A stretch of 61,808 bases of DNA from Acidimicrobiaceae bacterium (lineage in GTDB: Bacteria > Actinomycetota > Acidimicrobiia > Acidimicrobiales > Bog-793), in NCBI GenBank assembly GCA_027306925.1, contig DAHUXW010000065.1, positions 1 to 61,808 of the forward strand, written 5' to 3'. Shown here piece by piece: positions 27,301-35,729 of this stretch. The position numbers and the translations under genes were made by a program. Position 1 is the stretch's first letter. Each line of letters starts with the position of its first letter. Under the pieces are notes generated by a model that worked only from the letters and a program-made list of their open reading frames with translations, searched no databases and had not been told where the DNA came from.

Positions 27301-28956
27301 CGCCGCGGCACCGCCTGACGACCCGAACGCCGCGCTGTACACGGTGACACCGCGCCACTCGTCAGCCGACGCGCTCACGTCCGGCACCTCGCGGCCGCCG
27401 GACGTCGCGACCCCGGGGACGCCGGATCCCGACTGCCACGACGGGATCGGCCACGTCGACGAGACGCCACCGCCTCCACCGCCCCAGTCGTTGCCGTGGT
27501 TCCACACGGTCTGGCTCGGCGGGTTCGCCGCGTCGAGCAGCGAGGTGCCGCCGACACCGAGCACGTACGGCTGGCTCGCCGGGTCGTCGACCGACAGGTA
27601 GGGGCGCACCGCGGTCGAGCTGCCGAACGGCGTTCCCGAGCAGTCGTCGGACCCGGTGTCACCCGCCGCCGAGACGACCGTCTGGCCCTGCGCTGCCGCT
27701 TCCTCGAAGATCGTGTTCTCGAGCTGCTGCGCGCCCGGCGCCGCGGTCTGGAGCGCTGCCTCGCACTCCCCCCAGCTCGTCGACACGATGTTCGCCCGGT
27801 CCTGCCCGACGATCGTGTTGTACTCGTCGATCCCGCCGAAGGTCGTGTTCGGCGCCTCGTAGACGAGCAGCTTCGCGGCCGGCGCGAGCGCCGCCACGTC
27901 CTCGATGTCGAGGATGGACTCGCCGCTCCCCGTGCCCGAGAGCGCGAAGCCGTCGACCGGGATCGTCGTCACCTGGCTCGTATGGCTCGTGCCGAAGTAG
28001 CAGCGGTCGAAGGTCGCGAGGTCGGACGTCGAGAACGGCTCGAGCTCGAACAACGCGATCGTCTGACCGGCGCCGAGGTCGCCGCGCGCGTAGAGCCCGC
28101 TGAGCCCGTAGGCGGCGGCGATCTGCTCGTCGGTCCAGCCGCCCCCCGCGAGCGCGTCCTTCGCCCCGGCCGCGCACGCGTGCGGAGCCCCGGCGGCGGC
28201 GACCGAGGGCCGCGACGTGCGCACGGCGGCCGGGGTCCGCACCACGCGGACCGACGGCGCGCGGCGCAGCTGAGAGTGCGGGACCGCGAGGTTCTCGAGG
28301 CCGAGCACGGACTGGACGGACGCCGCGGTCGGGCGCGCGAGCATCGGCGACGTCGCCGTCGCCCAGCCGGACCGCCCTCCGGGCAGCACGTAGCGCGTGA
28401 CGTGGGTGTGGAACGCGGCGTCGACGCGTGCGACGGAGCCCGAGACGTCGACGAGGAGCCGGTTCGCGGAGAGGCTCGTGACGTGCAGCCCCGACGCACG
28501 CATCGCGTGCTCGACCGCGACGGCGCTCGCCCTGGTCGGGCCGTAGCGGTCCGCGACCTCCGCGGGCGTGAGGTACCGGTGGTACTCGGGCGAGCCCGGC
28601 GTCGACACCGCGGCCGCGTACGCGGCGAGCCCCGCCGGGTCCCTCGGGACGAGCGCGAGCCCGACGTCGATCGTGCGCCGTGGCGCGAGACGGCCGGCGG
28701 CCCGCGCGCCGAGCGGCAGGCGCACCGCCGGGCCGACAGCGACGAGTGCGGTGGACGAGCCAGGCAGCGCCCTCGCGTGGGCGACCGCGCCGACGATGCT
28801 CGCCGACGCGGGTGCAGCGAGCACGAGGGTCGTGAGCGACGACGCGGCGGCCACCGCACCGAGGGCGGGGCGCGTGCACGCGCCGAGGGCGGCTCGCGCG
28901 CGCACTGCGCCGGACGGTCCCGGCCCCAACCGTCGGAACCGCCTGCTCGTCGACAC
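24334..28956 (-). CDS. Secreted S53 (sedolisin/kumamolisin-type) peptidase with IPT/TIG, FN3 and C-terminal beta-propeller-like repeats
   Basis: 1540 aa with a signal peptide. Pro-kumamolisin-type prodomain (EYHRYLTPAEVADRYGP). Catalytic motifs ESILDIEDV and GGTSSAAPIWAAV. At least 6 IPT/TIG units (e.g. PQVTGVSPASGPIAGGTTVTITGSGF). FN3 (LTWVAPASDGGSPVTSYTV). About 6 repeats of GYWL(A)xxxGxVxAFGDA. Confidence 0.85.
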   Translation of the reverse strand: MSTSRRFRRLGPGPSGAVRARAALGACTRPALGAVAAASSLTTLVLAAPASASIVGAVAHARALPGSSTALVAVGPAVRLPLGARAAGRLAPRRTIDVGLALVPRDPAGLAAYAAAVSTPGSPEYHRYLTPAEVADRYGPTRASAVAVEHAMRASGLHVTSLSANRLLVDVSGSVARVDAAFHTHVTRYVLPGGRSGWATATSPMLARPTAASVQSVLGLENLAVPHSQLRRAPSVRVVRTPAAVRTSRPSVAAAGAPHACAAGAKDALAGGGWTDEQIAAAYGLSGLYARGDLGAGQTIALFELEPFSTSDLATFDRCYFGTSHTSQVTTIPVDGFALSGTGSGESILDIEDVAALAPAAKLLVYEAPNTTFGGIDEYNTIVGQDRANIVSTSWGECEAALQTAAPGAQQLENTIFEEAAAQGQTVVSAAGDTGSDDCSGTPFGSSTAVRPYLSVDDPASQPYVLGVGGTSLLDAANPPSQTVWNHGNDWGGGGGGVSSTWPIPSWQSGSGVPGVATSGGREVPDVSASADEWRGVTVYSAAFGSSGGAAASGWSTIGGTSSAAPIWAAVLADVAASGGSCASLPVNAGGPDLGFVPPELYALAASPASYAQSFSDVTVGNNDVFGLGLGYRATTGYDLASGLGTPIVTNASGSGGLATTLCAQATAPAPARPQVTGVSPASGPIAGGTTVTITGSGFVAATPASVHVSFGSAAATVTSVTAGTITVVTPPATATPGSAPFSPAGRVDVVVTAGAPAVSSATSAAATFEYVVPGASGTPSPTVSGIGPSGANVAGGSTVTVYGTGFATSPPTVTFGGVPAGSVNVLSDSELTAVVPPEGASTACATGPGFTPGAACQVQVVVTSSAGSSPTAPILPALSGAVVFNAQGVVVPTPETEIAPAATEFDYAPTPTITSVVPDPADASGSTPVTILGTGFNLDTFEWVNFGPPSSTASEQVRISSITPTQITIVPPGGSAGHNGAISALSGGVSVQTQGGLSAIWHFSYAGVPSVRSLSVLGGPVTGGTHLVVRGTGLADVTSVDFVSQVSPSTYGGSSTSILTAVSAGSLELVVPAGLPGPVDVEPCTPTACAHPDPAVDTFVYFGTGAPSLVLVRPTSGPASGGARVVLFGDNLDGALGARFGELSTSRLGTAPGYPDGDPYVLVAHAPPGPAGRTVPVSILTRTGVTSSTPGATFRYRPSAPSPPRSVTAKVAGVRATLTWVAPASDGGSPVTSYTVVATAAGQAPLVATVPATARRAVLRGILAGRAYAFRVLAANARFGRGPAATTGTLLTKFGADGYRIAAVSGAVAGFGTLPTLGGVAGAATRTKLVAIAGTPDGGGYWLASSNGTVYAFGDATPYPFAHPASPVVGLAPVPGGGYLELTASGEVFAFGRAHRFGAPGASRTRSSPAVAIASTPDGRGYYVVTAAGKVFAYGDAHLRPGHGAALRGRVVAIEVARDATGYWLAAATGAVRAFGSAPSYGSVAPSRLEGAVVGIAPTSDGRGYWLATSTGAIYAFGDARYEGRAAPVTGGYAGIATV

Positions 28957-29059
28957 GAGCCCTCCTCACCACGGCTGCCCGTGCCTCACGCCGCGCCCGC
29001 GACCCGGCCGGCAGGGTCTACCAGGGCGCGCGCCCGGGGTCAACGCGGGCCGACCGAGG

Positions 29060-29857
29060 TCAGCCCGTCGCGCGCGCCTCGAGCTCGTCCACGAGGTCCG
29101 CGACGGAGGCGACGACCCGCGTCGGCCGGTACGGGAAGCGCTCGACGTCCTCCGCGCGCGTGACGCCGGACAGCACGAGGATCGTCTCGAGACCCGCCTC
29201 GATCCCGGCGACGACGTCGGTGTCCATGCGGTCGCCGATCATGACCGTCGTCTCCGAGTGCGCGCCGAGCACGTTCAACCCCTCGCGCACCATGAGTGGG
29301 TTCGGCTTGCCGACGAAGTACGGCTCGACGCCGGTCGCCTTCGTGATGAGCGCCGCGACCGAGCCGGTGGCCGGGAGCGCGCCCTCGCTCGACGGCCCGA
29401 CCGAGTCCGGGTTGGTCGCGATGAACCGGGCACCGCCGGACACGAGCCGGATCGCCTTCGTGATCGCCTCGAAGCTGTACGTGCGCGTCTCCCCGAGCAC
29501 GACGTAGTCGGGGTCCCGGTCGGACAGCACGTAGCCGATGTCGTGGAGCGCGGTCGTGAGCCCGGCCTCGCCGACGACGAACGCGGTGCCGCCGGGCCGC
29601 TGGCTGTCGAGGAACTGAGCGGTCGCGAGCGCGGACGTCCACAGCGCGTCGACCGGGATCTCGAGCCCGCCCGCGACGAGGCGCGCCGCGAGGTCGCGCG
29701 GTGTGAAGATCGAGTTGTTCGTGAGCACGAGGAAGCTGAGACCCGCCCCCGTGAGCGCCTTCACGAAGCGCACCGCGCCCGGCAGCGCCGTCCCTTCGTG
29801 GACGAGCACGCCGTCCATGTCGCACAGCCAGCTCGTGGTCGGTCGCCTGGTCGCCAT
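29060..29857 (-). CDS. HAD-IIA family hydrolase (NagD-like)
   Basis: WLCDMDGVLV (motif I), LVLTNNS, GKPNP and MIGDRMDTDVVAG. The listed ORF was trimmed to ATG 29857. Confidence 0.8.
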   Translation of the reverse strand: MATRRPTTSWLCDMDGVLVHEGTALPGAVRFVKALTGAGLSFLVLTNNSIFTPRDLAARLVAGGLEIPVDALWTSALATAQFLDSQRPGGTAFVVGEAGLTTALHDIGYVLSDRDPDYVVLGETRTYSFEAITKAIRLVSGGARFIATNPDSVGPSSEGALPATGSVAALITKATGVEPYFVGKPNPLMVREGLNVLGAHSETTVMIGDRMDTDVVAGIEAGLETILVLSGVTRAEDVERFPYRPTRVVASVADLVDELEARATG

Positions 29858-30068
29858 GGCCCAAGTATGGGACCGTCGACGGGGCGCGCCGCAACCGATC
29901 GTCCGCGGGGCGCGGCCGCAGCCGTCGCGGCGACGCCTCGAGGACCTTCGGCCCTGGCGCCACGCGGGTCGCGCGGCCAGGCTGGGACCGCGGGCCGGCG
30001 CGCGGTGCGCCGCGAACGGATCCGGTGCCGCGGCGGCCTCGGTCGTCCTCGCCCGGGAGGCGGCATCG

Positions 30069-30551
30069 ATGGAACTGAGCATGGTCCCGATCGAGAAGCC
30101 GGAGGGGATGAACGTGATCCTCGGCCAGGCGCACTTCGTGAAGACCGTCGAGGACATCCACGAGGCGCTCGCGGGCGCTAGCCCCCAGCTGCAGTACGGG
30201 GTCGCCTTCTGCGAGGCGTCCGGCCCGTGCCTCATCAGGCGCTCGGGCAACGCGAAGGACCTCGTCGAGCTCGCGGCCCTGAACGCCGAGACCGTCGGCG
30301 CCGGTCACGTCTTCGTCGTGCTGCTTCGCGACGGCTACCCCGTGAACGTCCTGAACGCGATCAAGCAGGTGCCCGAGGTGTGCACGATCTTCTGCGCGAC
30401 CGCGAACCCGGTCGAGGTCGTCGTCGCGCAGACCGACCTCGGCCGGGGGGTCATGGGCGTGGTCGACGGCATGCCGCCCGCGGGCATCGAGACCGACAAG
30501 GACGAAGCAGACCGCAAGGCACTGCTGAGGACGATGGGCTACAAGCTCTGA
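30069..30551 (+). CDS. Adenosine-specific kinase family protein (PF04008-like)
   Basis: MELSMVPIEKPEGMNVILGQAHFVKTVEDIHEAL...FCEASGPCLIR...GAGHVFVVLLRDGYPVNVLNAIKQVPEVCTIFCATANP...LLRTMGYKL matches the remembered family pattern along its full length. Confidence 0.75.
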   Translation: MELSMVPIEKPEGMNVILGQAHFVKTVEDIHEALAGASPQLQYGVAFCEASGPCLIRRSGNAKDLVELAALNAETVGAGHVFVVLLRDGYPVNVLNAIKQVPEVCTIFCATANPVEVVVAQTDLGRGVMGVVDGMPPAGIETDKDEADRKALLRTMGYKL

Positions 30552-30597
30552 GCGCACCGCACCGCGGGCGCCCCGGGGCGGGAAGGCGGCAGGTCCC

Positions 30598-31068
30598 GTG
30601 GAGGACGTGACTCGAGAGCGGGCAGCGGTGGCGGAGGAGCGCGGTCGCGCAGCGCCGTCCGGGCACGTCCTCGACGTGCACGGCGGGAGCTGCACGATCG
30701 ACTCGTGGGGACCGGACCGCGTGTCGTGCCTCGTCGAGGCGCTGCGCGCGCTCGTCGCGCAGTACGCGCAGGTGACCGATCCCCCGGTGAGCCGGGTGAT
30801 CCCGCTCGCGGCGGGTCCGGCGGGCGGCGAGGAGCTGCTCGAATGCCTCTTCGAGGATGTCATCGACACGCTGGACGTCTTCTCCCTCGTGCCGGTCCGT
30901 TTCCACCTCGTCGAGACCGAGCAGGGCGGTGTGACCGGCGACATGGAGGTCGTCGGCCTCTCGGAGGCCCATGTCGTCGGCCGTGCGCCGCGTTCGGTCA
31001 GCCACCACGACCTCTCCGTGGAGGCGCACGGGGGCAGCTGGAGATGCCACGTGGTCGTCGGGGTCTGA
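30598..31068 (+). CDS. Archease-like protein
   Basis: HVLDVHGG...IDSWGPD at the N-terminus and SVSHHDLSVEAHGGSWRCHVVVGV at the C-terminus mirror the archease HTAD...GxG and YHxxxV...W...V.D pattern. The assignment is moderate. Confidence 0.55.
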   Translation: MEDVTRERAAVAEERGRAAPSGHVLDVHGGSCTIDSWGPDRVSCLVEALRALVAQYAQVTDPPVSRVIPLAAGPAGGEELLECLFEDVIDTLDVFSLVPVRFHLVETEQGGVTGDMEVVGLSEAHVVGRAPRSVSHHDLSVEAHGGSWRCHVVVGV

Positions 31069-31541
31069 CGCGCCGCGCGTGGTCGCGGGCGCGCCCGGCC
31101 CGCGTGCGAGGTCGCGGGGGCCGCGGCGCGGCGCACGTCGTGCTCGCGGCGCCGGTCGCGCGTCGTTCCGCGCTCGCCGAGCCCGAACCGGGCGCCGACG
31201 AGCCCGCGTGCCTCGAGGCCCCGAGCCCTCCTGCGTCGGCGGACAGTGGTACGAGGAGCTCCCGGCTGCGTCGGACGGCGAGGTCGCCGACCTCTCAAGC
31301 GGTCCCGCGAGTCGGTACCGGACGAGCGTGCCGGCGTGGACGCGCAACCCCCGACCGGTCCGGGCGAGCGCGACCCGCACCGACCGTGACCTGCGCGCTC
31401 GGGCGCACGGCCGTCCGGCCGGCGGCGTTCCCCGGCGCCGGGCGGCGAACCTGTACCCTGTACAACCGCGCGCCACCGGTGCTCGGCAACACGCCTCCGG
31501 CGGAGCGCGCGGGGCGGCGCCGCGTCGGCGCGACCCACGCT

Positions 31542-31630
31542 GGAGAGGTGCGAGAGCGGCCGAATCGGGCTCACTGCTAATGAGTTGACCAGGGAAACCG
31601 GGTCCGAGGGTTCAAATCCCTCCCTCTCCG
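31542..31630 (+). tRNA. tRNA-Ser (anticodon GCT)
   Basis: Acceptor GGAGAGG/CCTCTCC, anticodon stem GCTCA/TGAGT with loop CTGCTAA, a long variable arm (class II), and T-arm GAGGG-TTCAAAT-CCCTC. CCA is not encoded. Confidence 0.9.
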
Positions 31631-31635
31631 CTCGA

Positions 31636-31666
31636 CACGACGGGGTGCCGATGGCGCCCCGTCGTG
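31636..31666. terminator. Bidirectional stem-loop between tRNA-Ser and the convergent membrane-protein gene
   Basis: CACGACGGGGTGCC-GAT-GGCGCCCCGTCGTG forms a 14-bp stem with one G-T pair. No U-tract. Confidence 0.5.
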
Positions 31667-31672
31667 CGCGTC

Positions 31673-32923
31673 TCAGGACTCCCGATCGGGCGGGCGCCTC
31701 GCCTCGTCCCCGCCGTCGGGCGTCGCTCCCTCCGCGCGCTCGCCACTGCCGCGCCCACCCGGTCCCTTTTCGCCGCGGGCCTCGGCCTCGCCGGGAGGTG
31801 CCGCCGGTTCGGACGGGGGCACGGACCGCGCGACCCGCCCGCTCGGCGGCGGGGGCTTCGGAGATATCCCCGGCCAGGTCGCACCAGCCGGCGGGCGCAG
31901 GGGAGCGTCCGGGGACGGCTTCGCCGACGCGGCGGGCCATCCGGTCCGCTCGTCACCACCGCCGGGCTGCGCTCCGCCCGAGGGGGCCGGCTCTCCGACG
32001 GGCGCGGCGCCGGCCGATCCCCGTCGACCGGAGCCGGGCAGCGGCGGGTCGCCGTGTCCGGGCGGGCCCCAGCCCGGCCCGCCCGACAGGTCGGGAGGCG
32101 CTCCGGTCGCCTGCGGATGCGCGGGCACGATCCCGGCGGCGCGCGCCACGTCTGCCGGCGCGATCCCGTCGCGCCGGTGGCGCTCGTCGAGGTAGACGAC
32201 GAGCACGAGCGCGACCTGTAGCGGCGTGAGCAGGATCTCGACCGCGTAGACGGCGACCTGCTCGGCGACGACCTGGGCCAGGGCCGAGTGTGCGAACGCG
32301 GCCCCGACGATCGCCCCGATCGGGAGCGAGCACGCGAGCACGAGCAGCTCGACGAGGACGTAGGCGACGAGCACCGCGAAGCGCCTCCCGGCCATGAGGA
32401 AGGCCGAGCGCCGGAGCGCGTCACGGGCGCGCCCACCCTCCATCACCACGACCGGCATCGCGACGAACCATGTGCACCAAAGGACGATGCCCGGCACGAT
32501 GAAGAGCGCGAGCCCGATCGTCGACAGCACGGCGACCGCGAGACCCGTCGCACCGACGTCGCGCCATCGCGTGACCGCGACCCGGAGCGAGCGTCGCCAG
32601 TCGGGCGACGCGCCCACGTACGCGCTCGTCGCGGCGTGGACGCCCGCGGCCTGGGCGAGGAAGCCGCCGATCAGGACGACGGCGAGCCCGACGACCTCCG
32701 CGGCGACGCCGAGCGCGCCGTGCGGCCTCGTCGAGTAGCTGACCGAGCGCCAGTACCCGAGCGACGCGGCGCCGACGACGAGCGACGGCACGAGCACGAT
32801 CGACACGGACGCGAGCAGCGCGCGGTAGTGCGCCATCGCGAGACGCACCGCAGATCCGGCGAGCTCGGACGCACCCGGCGGCGGGGCGCCACCGCCCGCT
32901 CCGGTGTTCCACACGCTGGTCAA
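31673..32923 (-). CDS. Integral membrane protein with Pro/Gly-rich C-terminal tail (unknown function)
   Basis: About 6 predicted TM segments (e.g. LLASVSIVLVPSLVVGAASLGYW, IGLALFIVPGIVLWCTWFVAMPVVV), then a roughly 170-aa low-complexity P/G/A tail. The start is uncertain. Confidence 0.6.
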   Translation of the reverse strand: MTSVWNTGAGGGAPPPGASELAGSAVRLAMAHYRALLASVSIVLVPSLVVGAASLGYWRSVSYSTRPHGALGVAAEVVGLAVVLIGGFLAQAAGVHAATSAYVGASPDWRRSLRVAVTRWRDVGATGLAVAVLSTIGLALFIVPGIVLWCTWFVAMPVVVMEGGRARDALRRSAFLMAGRRFAVLVAYVLVELLVLACSLPIGAIVGAAFAHSALAQVVAEQVAVYAVEILLTPLQVALVLVVYLDERHRRDGIAPADVARAAGIVPAHPQATGAPPDLSGGPGWGPPGHGDPPLPGSGRRGSAGAAPVGEPAPSGGAQPGGGDERTGWPAASAKPSPDAPLRPPAGATWPGISPKPPPPSGRVARSVPPSEPAAPPGEAEARGEKGPGGRGSGERAEGATPDGGDEARRPPDRES

Positions 32924-33023
32924 CGTACCAGAGGCGCCGTTCGCGCCGAGAGGTGCGGCGGTGCCCGCTACGATGGCCAGTCGCCGAGCGTCGGGCGGGC
33001 TGCAGCCCGCACCGGCGCGCGCT

Positions 33024-33097
33024 GCGCTCGTAGCTCAATTGGATAGAGCATCTGACTACGGATCAGAAGGTTGGGGATTCGAATTCCTCCGAGCGCA
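33024..33097 (+). tRNA. tRNA-Arg (anticodon ACG)
   Basis: Acceptor GCGCTCG/CGAGCGC, D-arm GCTC-AATTGGATA-GAGC, anticodon stem TCTGA/TCAGA with loop CTACGGA, and T-loop TTCGAAT. Confidence 0.9.
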
Positions 33098-33239
33098 CTC
33101 GCACCACCTCCGGTGTCCAACCGGCGAGCCCGTCGTCGACGGGGCCCTCGCGATGGCCACCAGGCGAACTGCCGCTCCAGTCCGCCTGGCCGGAGGACCA
33201 CCCCTCGGACGAGGTGCCGATCGACGGCCCGACGCCGTG

Positions 33240-33749
33240 TCACGTGCTGAGCATGGACAGCGCGAGCATCTTGTCGGCCTCCACTCGGGCGTAGACCGGC
33301 CCGGAGTCGAGGAACTCCTCCCACTCGGGCCCGTAGCGGGGGACGTAGACGTCGAGCAGCGTGCTGCGAAACCCGGCGTTGCGCTCCGCCCGGAGGTCGA
33401 GCTCGACCGCGCGTCCGTGAACGGTCACGGCGAGCTTCTCGCTCGGCAGGTGCGTCACGCTCACGAACGGCCGCTGCCGGATGTGGCGAATGCGGACCGA
33501 GTCGGGCGACGAGCCGAAGTGGAAGGCGCCACGGTAGAAGATGCCGTCCACCGGCCCGGCGAGCGGACGCCCGTCCGCGGTGACCGTGGCCAGCGTCAGG
33601 AGCACCATCCCCTGCAACCGCTCCGAGAGCTCGTGCGCGGTCGGCCGACGGTCGGATGTGATGACGCTGCGCAAGTGGGCGCCGCCTCGCGCGTAGCTGT
33701 CGTCCAGGAGCTCCTGCAGCGCCTCGACGTCCGCGCCGGTCTCGTGCAC
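33240..33749 (-). CDS. Pyridoxamine 5'-phosphate oxidase family protein
   Basis: 169 aa. MVLLTLATVTADGRPLAGPVDGIFYRGAFHFGS...VSVTH is typical of the split-barrel PNPOx-like family. Confidence 0.65.
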   Translation of the reverse strand: MHETGADVEALQELLDDSYARGGAHLRSVITSDRRPTAHELSERLQGMVLLTLATVTADGRPLAGPVDGIFYRGAFHFGSSPDSVRIRHIRQRPFVSVTHLPSEKLAVTVHGRAVELDLRAERNAGFRSTLLDVYVPRYGPEWEEFLDSGPVYARVEADKMLALSMLST

Positions 33750-33814
33750 CGACGCATCAGACCACAGCTCCGCGACCGCGTGCTCCCGGGCGGGCGTCGC
33801 GCGAGGCTTTCCCC

Positions 33815-34135
33815 ATGCGCCGCGTCCGCAGCCTCCGTGCCGCCCAGCGCGTCGTCCTCGTCGTCGCGCTCGGCGCGGCGCTCGTCGCGGTCGGCGACTA
33901 CGTCACGGCGCTCGGCCGCTTCACGGGATGGACCGGGTACGCGCCGCTCGCGACGGGTGCCCCGCCGCTCGGCGGGCTCCACCCGTGGCTCCGCCTGCTC
34001 GTGTGGCTCGCGCTCGTCCTCGCCTGGGCCGTGTGCTCGATCGCGCTCCTCGGCGCCGGGCGGGCCGGGCCGGAGCCCGCAGCCGATCGGGAGGACAGCG
34101 GCCCGGCGGCGCACCCGCGCACGGGGCTCGACTAG
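33815..34135 (+). CDS. Small hypothetical membrane protein
   Basis: 106 aa with two hydrophobic segments (VVLVVALGAALVAVG; LRLLVWLALVLAWAVCSIALLGAG). No family recognised. Confidence 0.4.
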   Translation: MRRVRSLRAAQRVVLVVALGAALVAVGDYVTALGRFTGWTGYAPLATGAPPLGGLHPWLRLLVWLALVLAWAVCSIALLGAGRAGPEPAADREDSGPAAHPRTGLD

Positions 34136-34566
34136 CGCCGCTCGGCCGCCACGAGCTCGTCGAGCAGCGCGCGGACCCGACGGTCGATCTCCTCGACGAT
34201 CGGGCGCACCGCCTCGACGGACTTCCCCGCCGGGTCCTCGAGATCCCAGTCCACGTAGCGCTTCCCCGGGTAGTACGGGCACGTGTCGCCGCACCCCATG
34301 GTGACGACGACGTCTGCGGCGAGCGCCGTCTCGTCGGTGAGGGGCTTCGGGAACTCCCGCGACACGTCGAGTCCGCGCTCGGCGAGCAGCGCGACGACCG
34401 ACGGGTTCAGCTCGCTCCCCGGCTCGGAGCCCGCGGAACGCACGTCGACCCGGCCGGCCGCGTGGTGGTCGAGCAGCACCTTGGCCGCGAGGCTCCGACC
34501 GGCATTGTGCGTGCAGAGGAAGAGCACGACGGGCGTCGTGCCGGGCGCCTCCCCGACGGCGCTCAC
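34132..34566 (-). CDS. arsC: Arsenate reductase, LMW-PTP type
   Basis: GTG start overlapping the acr3 stop (GTGA). P-loop LFLCTHNAGRS, VVTMGCGDTCP and DWDLEDP. Confidence 0.85.
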   Translation of the reverse strand: MSAVGEAPGTTPVVLFLCTHNAGRSLAAKVLLDHHAAGRVDVRSAGSEPGSELNPSVVALLAERGLDVSREFPKPLTDETALAADVVVTMGCGDTCPYYPGKRYVDWDLEDPAGKSVEAVRPIVEEIDRRVRALLDELVAAERR

Positions 34567-35729
34567 GCGGCCTCCGGCCCCGCGGGTCGCGCGAAGAGCC
34601 GCCGCGCGTAGAGCGCGACGTAGACGAGGGCGACGAGAACGGGCACCTCGATGAGCGGCCCGACGACGCCCGCGAGCGCCTCGCCGGACGTCACGCCGAA
34701 CACGCCGATCGCGACCGCGATCGCGAGCTCGAAGTTGTTCCCCGCAGCCGTGAACGCGAGCGTCGTCGTGCGCCGGTAGCCGAGGCCGATCGCTCGGCCG
34801 AGGAAGAACGACCCGGTCCACATGATCGCGAAGTACGCGAGGAGCGGGAGCGCGATGCGCGCGACCGCGAGGGGCTTCGACGTGATCGTGTGGCCCTGAA
34901 GCGCGAAGAGCACGACGATCGTGTAGAGCAGCCCGTAGAGCGCAAACGGCGAAAGCTTCGGGAGCAGCTTCTCCTCGTACCACTGCCTGCCGCGCGCCCG
35001 CTCGCCGACGGTCCGGGTGACGTAGCCGGCCACGAGCGGCACGCCGAGGAAGATCGCGACGGTCTCCGCGACCTTCGCGATCGACAGGTGCAGGCCGACG
35101 GTAGACAGGCCGAGCCAACCGGGCAGGAGCTCCAGGTAGAAGTAGCCGAGGAAGGCGAACGCGACGATCTGGAACAGCGAGTTGATCGCGACGAGCACGG
35201 CCGCGGCCTCGCGGTCGCCGCCCGCGAGGTCGTTCCAGATGAGCACCATCGCGATGCAGCGCGCGAGGCCGACGACGATGAGCCCCGTGCGATAGGTCGG
35301 GAGGTCGGGCAGGAACAGCCACGCGAGCCCGAACATCACCGCGGGGCCGACCAGCCAGTTCAGCACGAGCGACGTGACGAGCATGCGCCGGTCCCTCGTC
35401 ACCGAGTCGAGGTGGTCGTAGCGGACCTTCGCGAGCACCGGGTACATCATGACGAGGAGCCCGACGAAGATCGGGAGCGAGGTGCCCGACGTCACCTGCA
35501 CCGCGTCGAGGCGGTGGCCGAGGCTCGGGATCGCTCGCCCGAGGAGGATCCCGGCGGTCATCGCCGCGCCGATCCACAGCGGGAGGAAGCGGTCGACGAC
35601 GGAGAGCCGGGCGACGACCGCCGTGTGGCCGGGCGCGCCCGGCGCGGCGTCGGGTGTGGGAGCACCGTCGCGAACGCGAGCGGCGTCCGCGCCGCTCCCA
35701 GGGCGGTCGGGCGCGTCAACCGCGCGCAC
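34563..35729 (-). CDS. acr3: ACR3-family arsenite efflux transporter
   Basis: RLSVVDRFLPLWIGAAMTAGILLG..., LARCIAMVLIWNDLAGGD and FTAAGNNFELAIAVA are ACR3 hallmarks. The start is tentatively GTG 35729, overlapping the arsI stop. Confidence 0.8.
   Translation of the reverse strand: MRAVDAPDRPGSGADAARVRDGAPTPDAAPGAPGHTAVVARLSVVDRFLPLWIGAAMTAGILLGRAIPSLGHRLDAVQVTSGTSLPIFVGLLVMMYPVLAKVRYDHLDSVTRDRRMLVTSLVLNWLVGPAVMFGLAWLFLPDLPTYRTGLIVVGLARCIAMVLIWNDLAGGDREAAAVLVAINSLFQIVAFAFLGYFYLELLPGWLGLSTVGLHLSIAKVAETVAIFLGVPLVAGYVTRTVGERARGRQWYEEKLLPKLSPFALYGLLYTIVVLFALQGHTITSKPLAVARIALPLLAYFAIMWTGSFFLGRAIGLGYRRTTTLAFTAAGNNFELAIAVAIGVFGVTSGEALAGVVGPLIEVPVLVALVYVALYARRLFARPAGPEAA

Noticed and set aside
24080-27358. 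Very long ORFs (1092 aa minus strand, 1014 aa plus strand at 24274-27318) overlapping the S53 peptidase gene
   Set aside because: Their translations are Arg/Gly/Asp/Pro low-complexity sequence typical of off-frame or antisense reading of high-GC coding DNA. The 1540-aa frame carries all the recognisable domains.
31069-31541. Non-coding RNA or gene in the 470-bp gap upstream of tRNA-Ser, including the direct repeat CCTGTAC CCTGTAC near 31450
   Set aside because: There is no protein-like frame, no motif I can match, native-level GC and no outstanding structure. It is most likely just the tRNA promoter and leader region.
29040-31940. 966-aa minus-strand ORF
   Set aside because: It runs antisense through HAD-IIA (in a different frame), the adenosine-kinase-like and archease-like genes, and straight across tRNA-Ser. 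It is not credible as coding.
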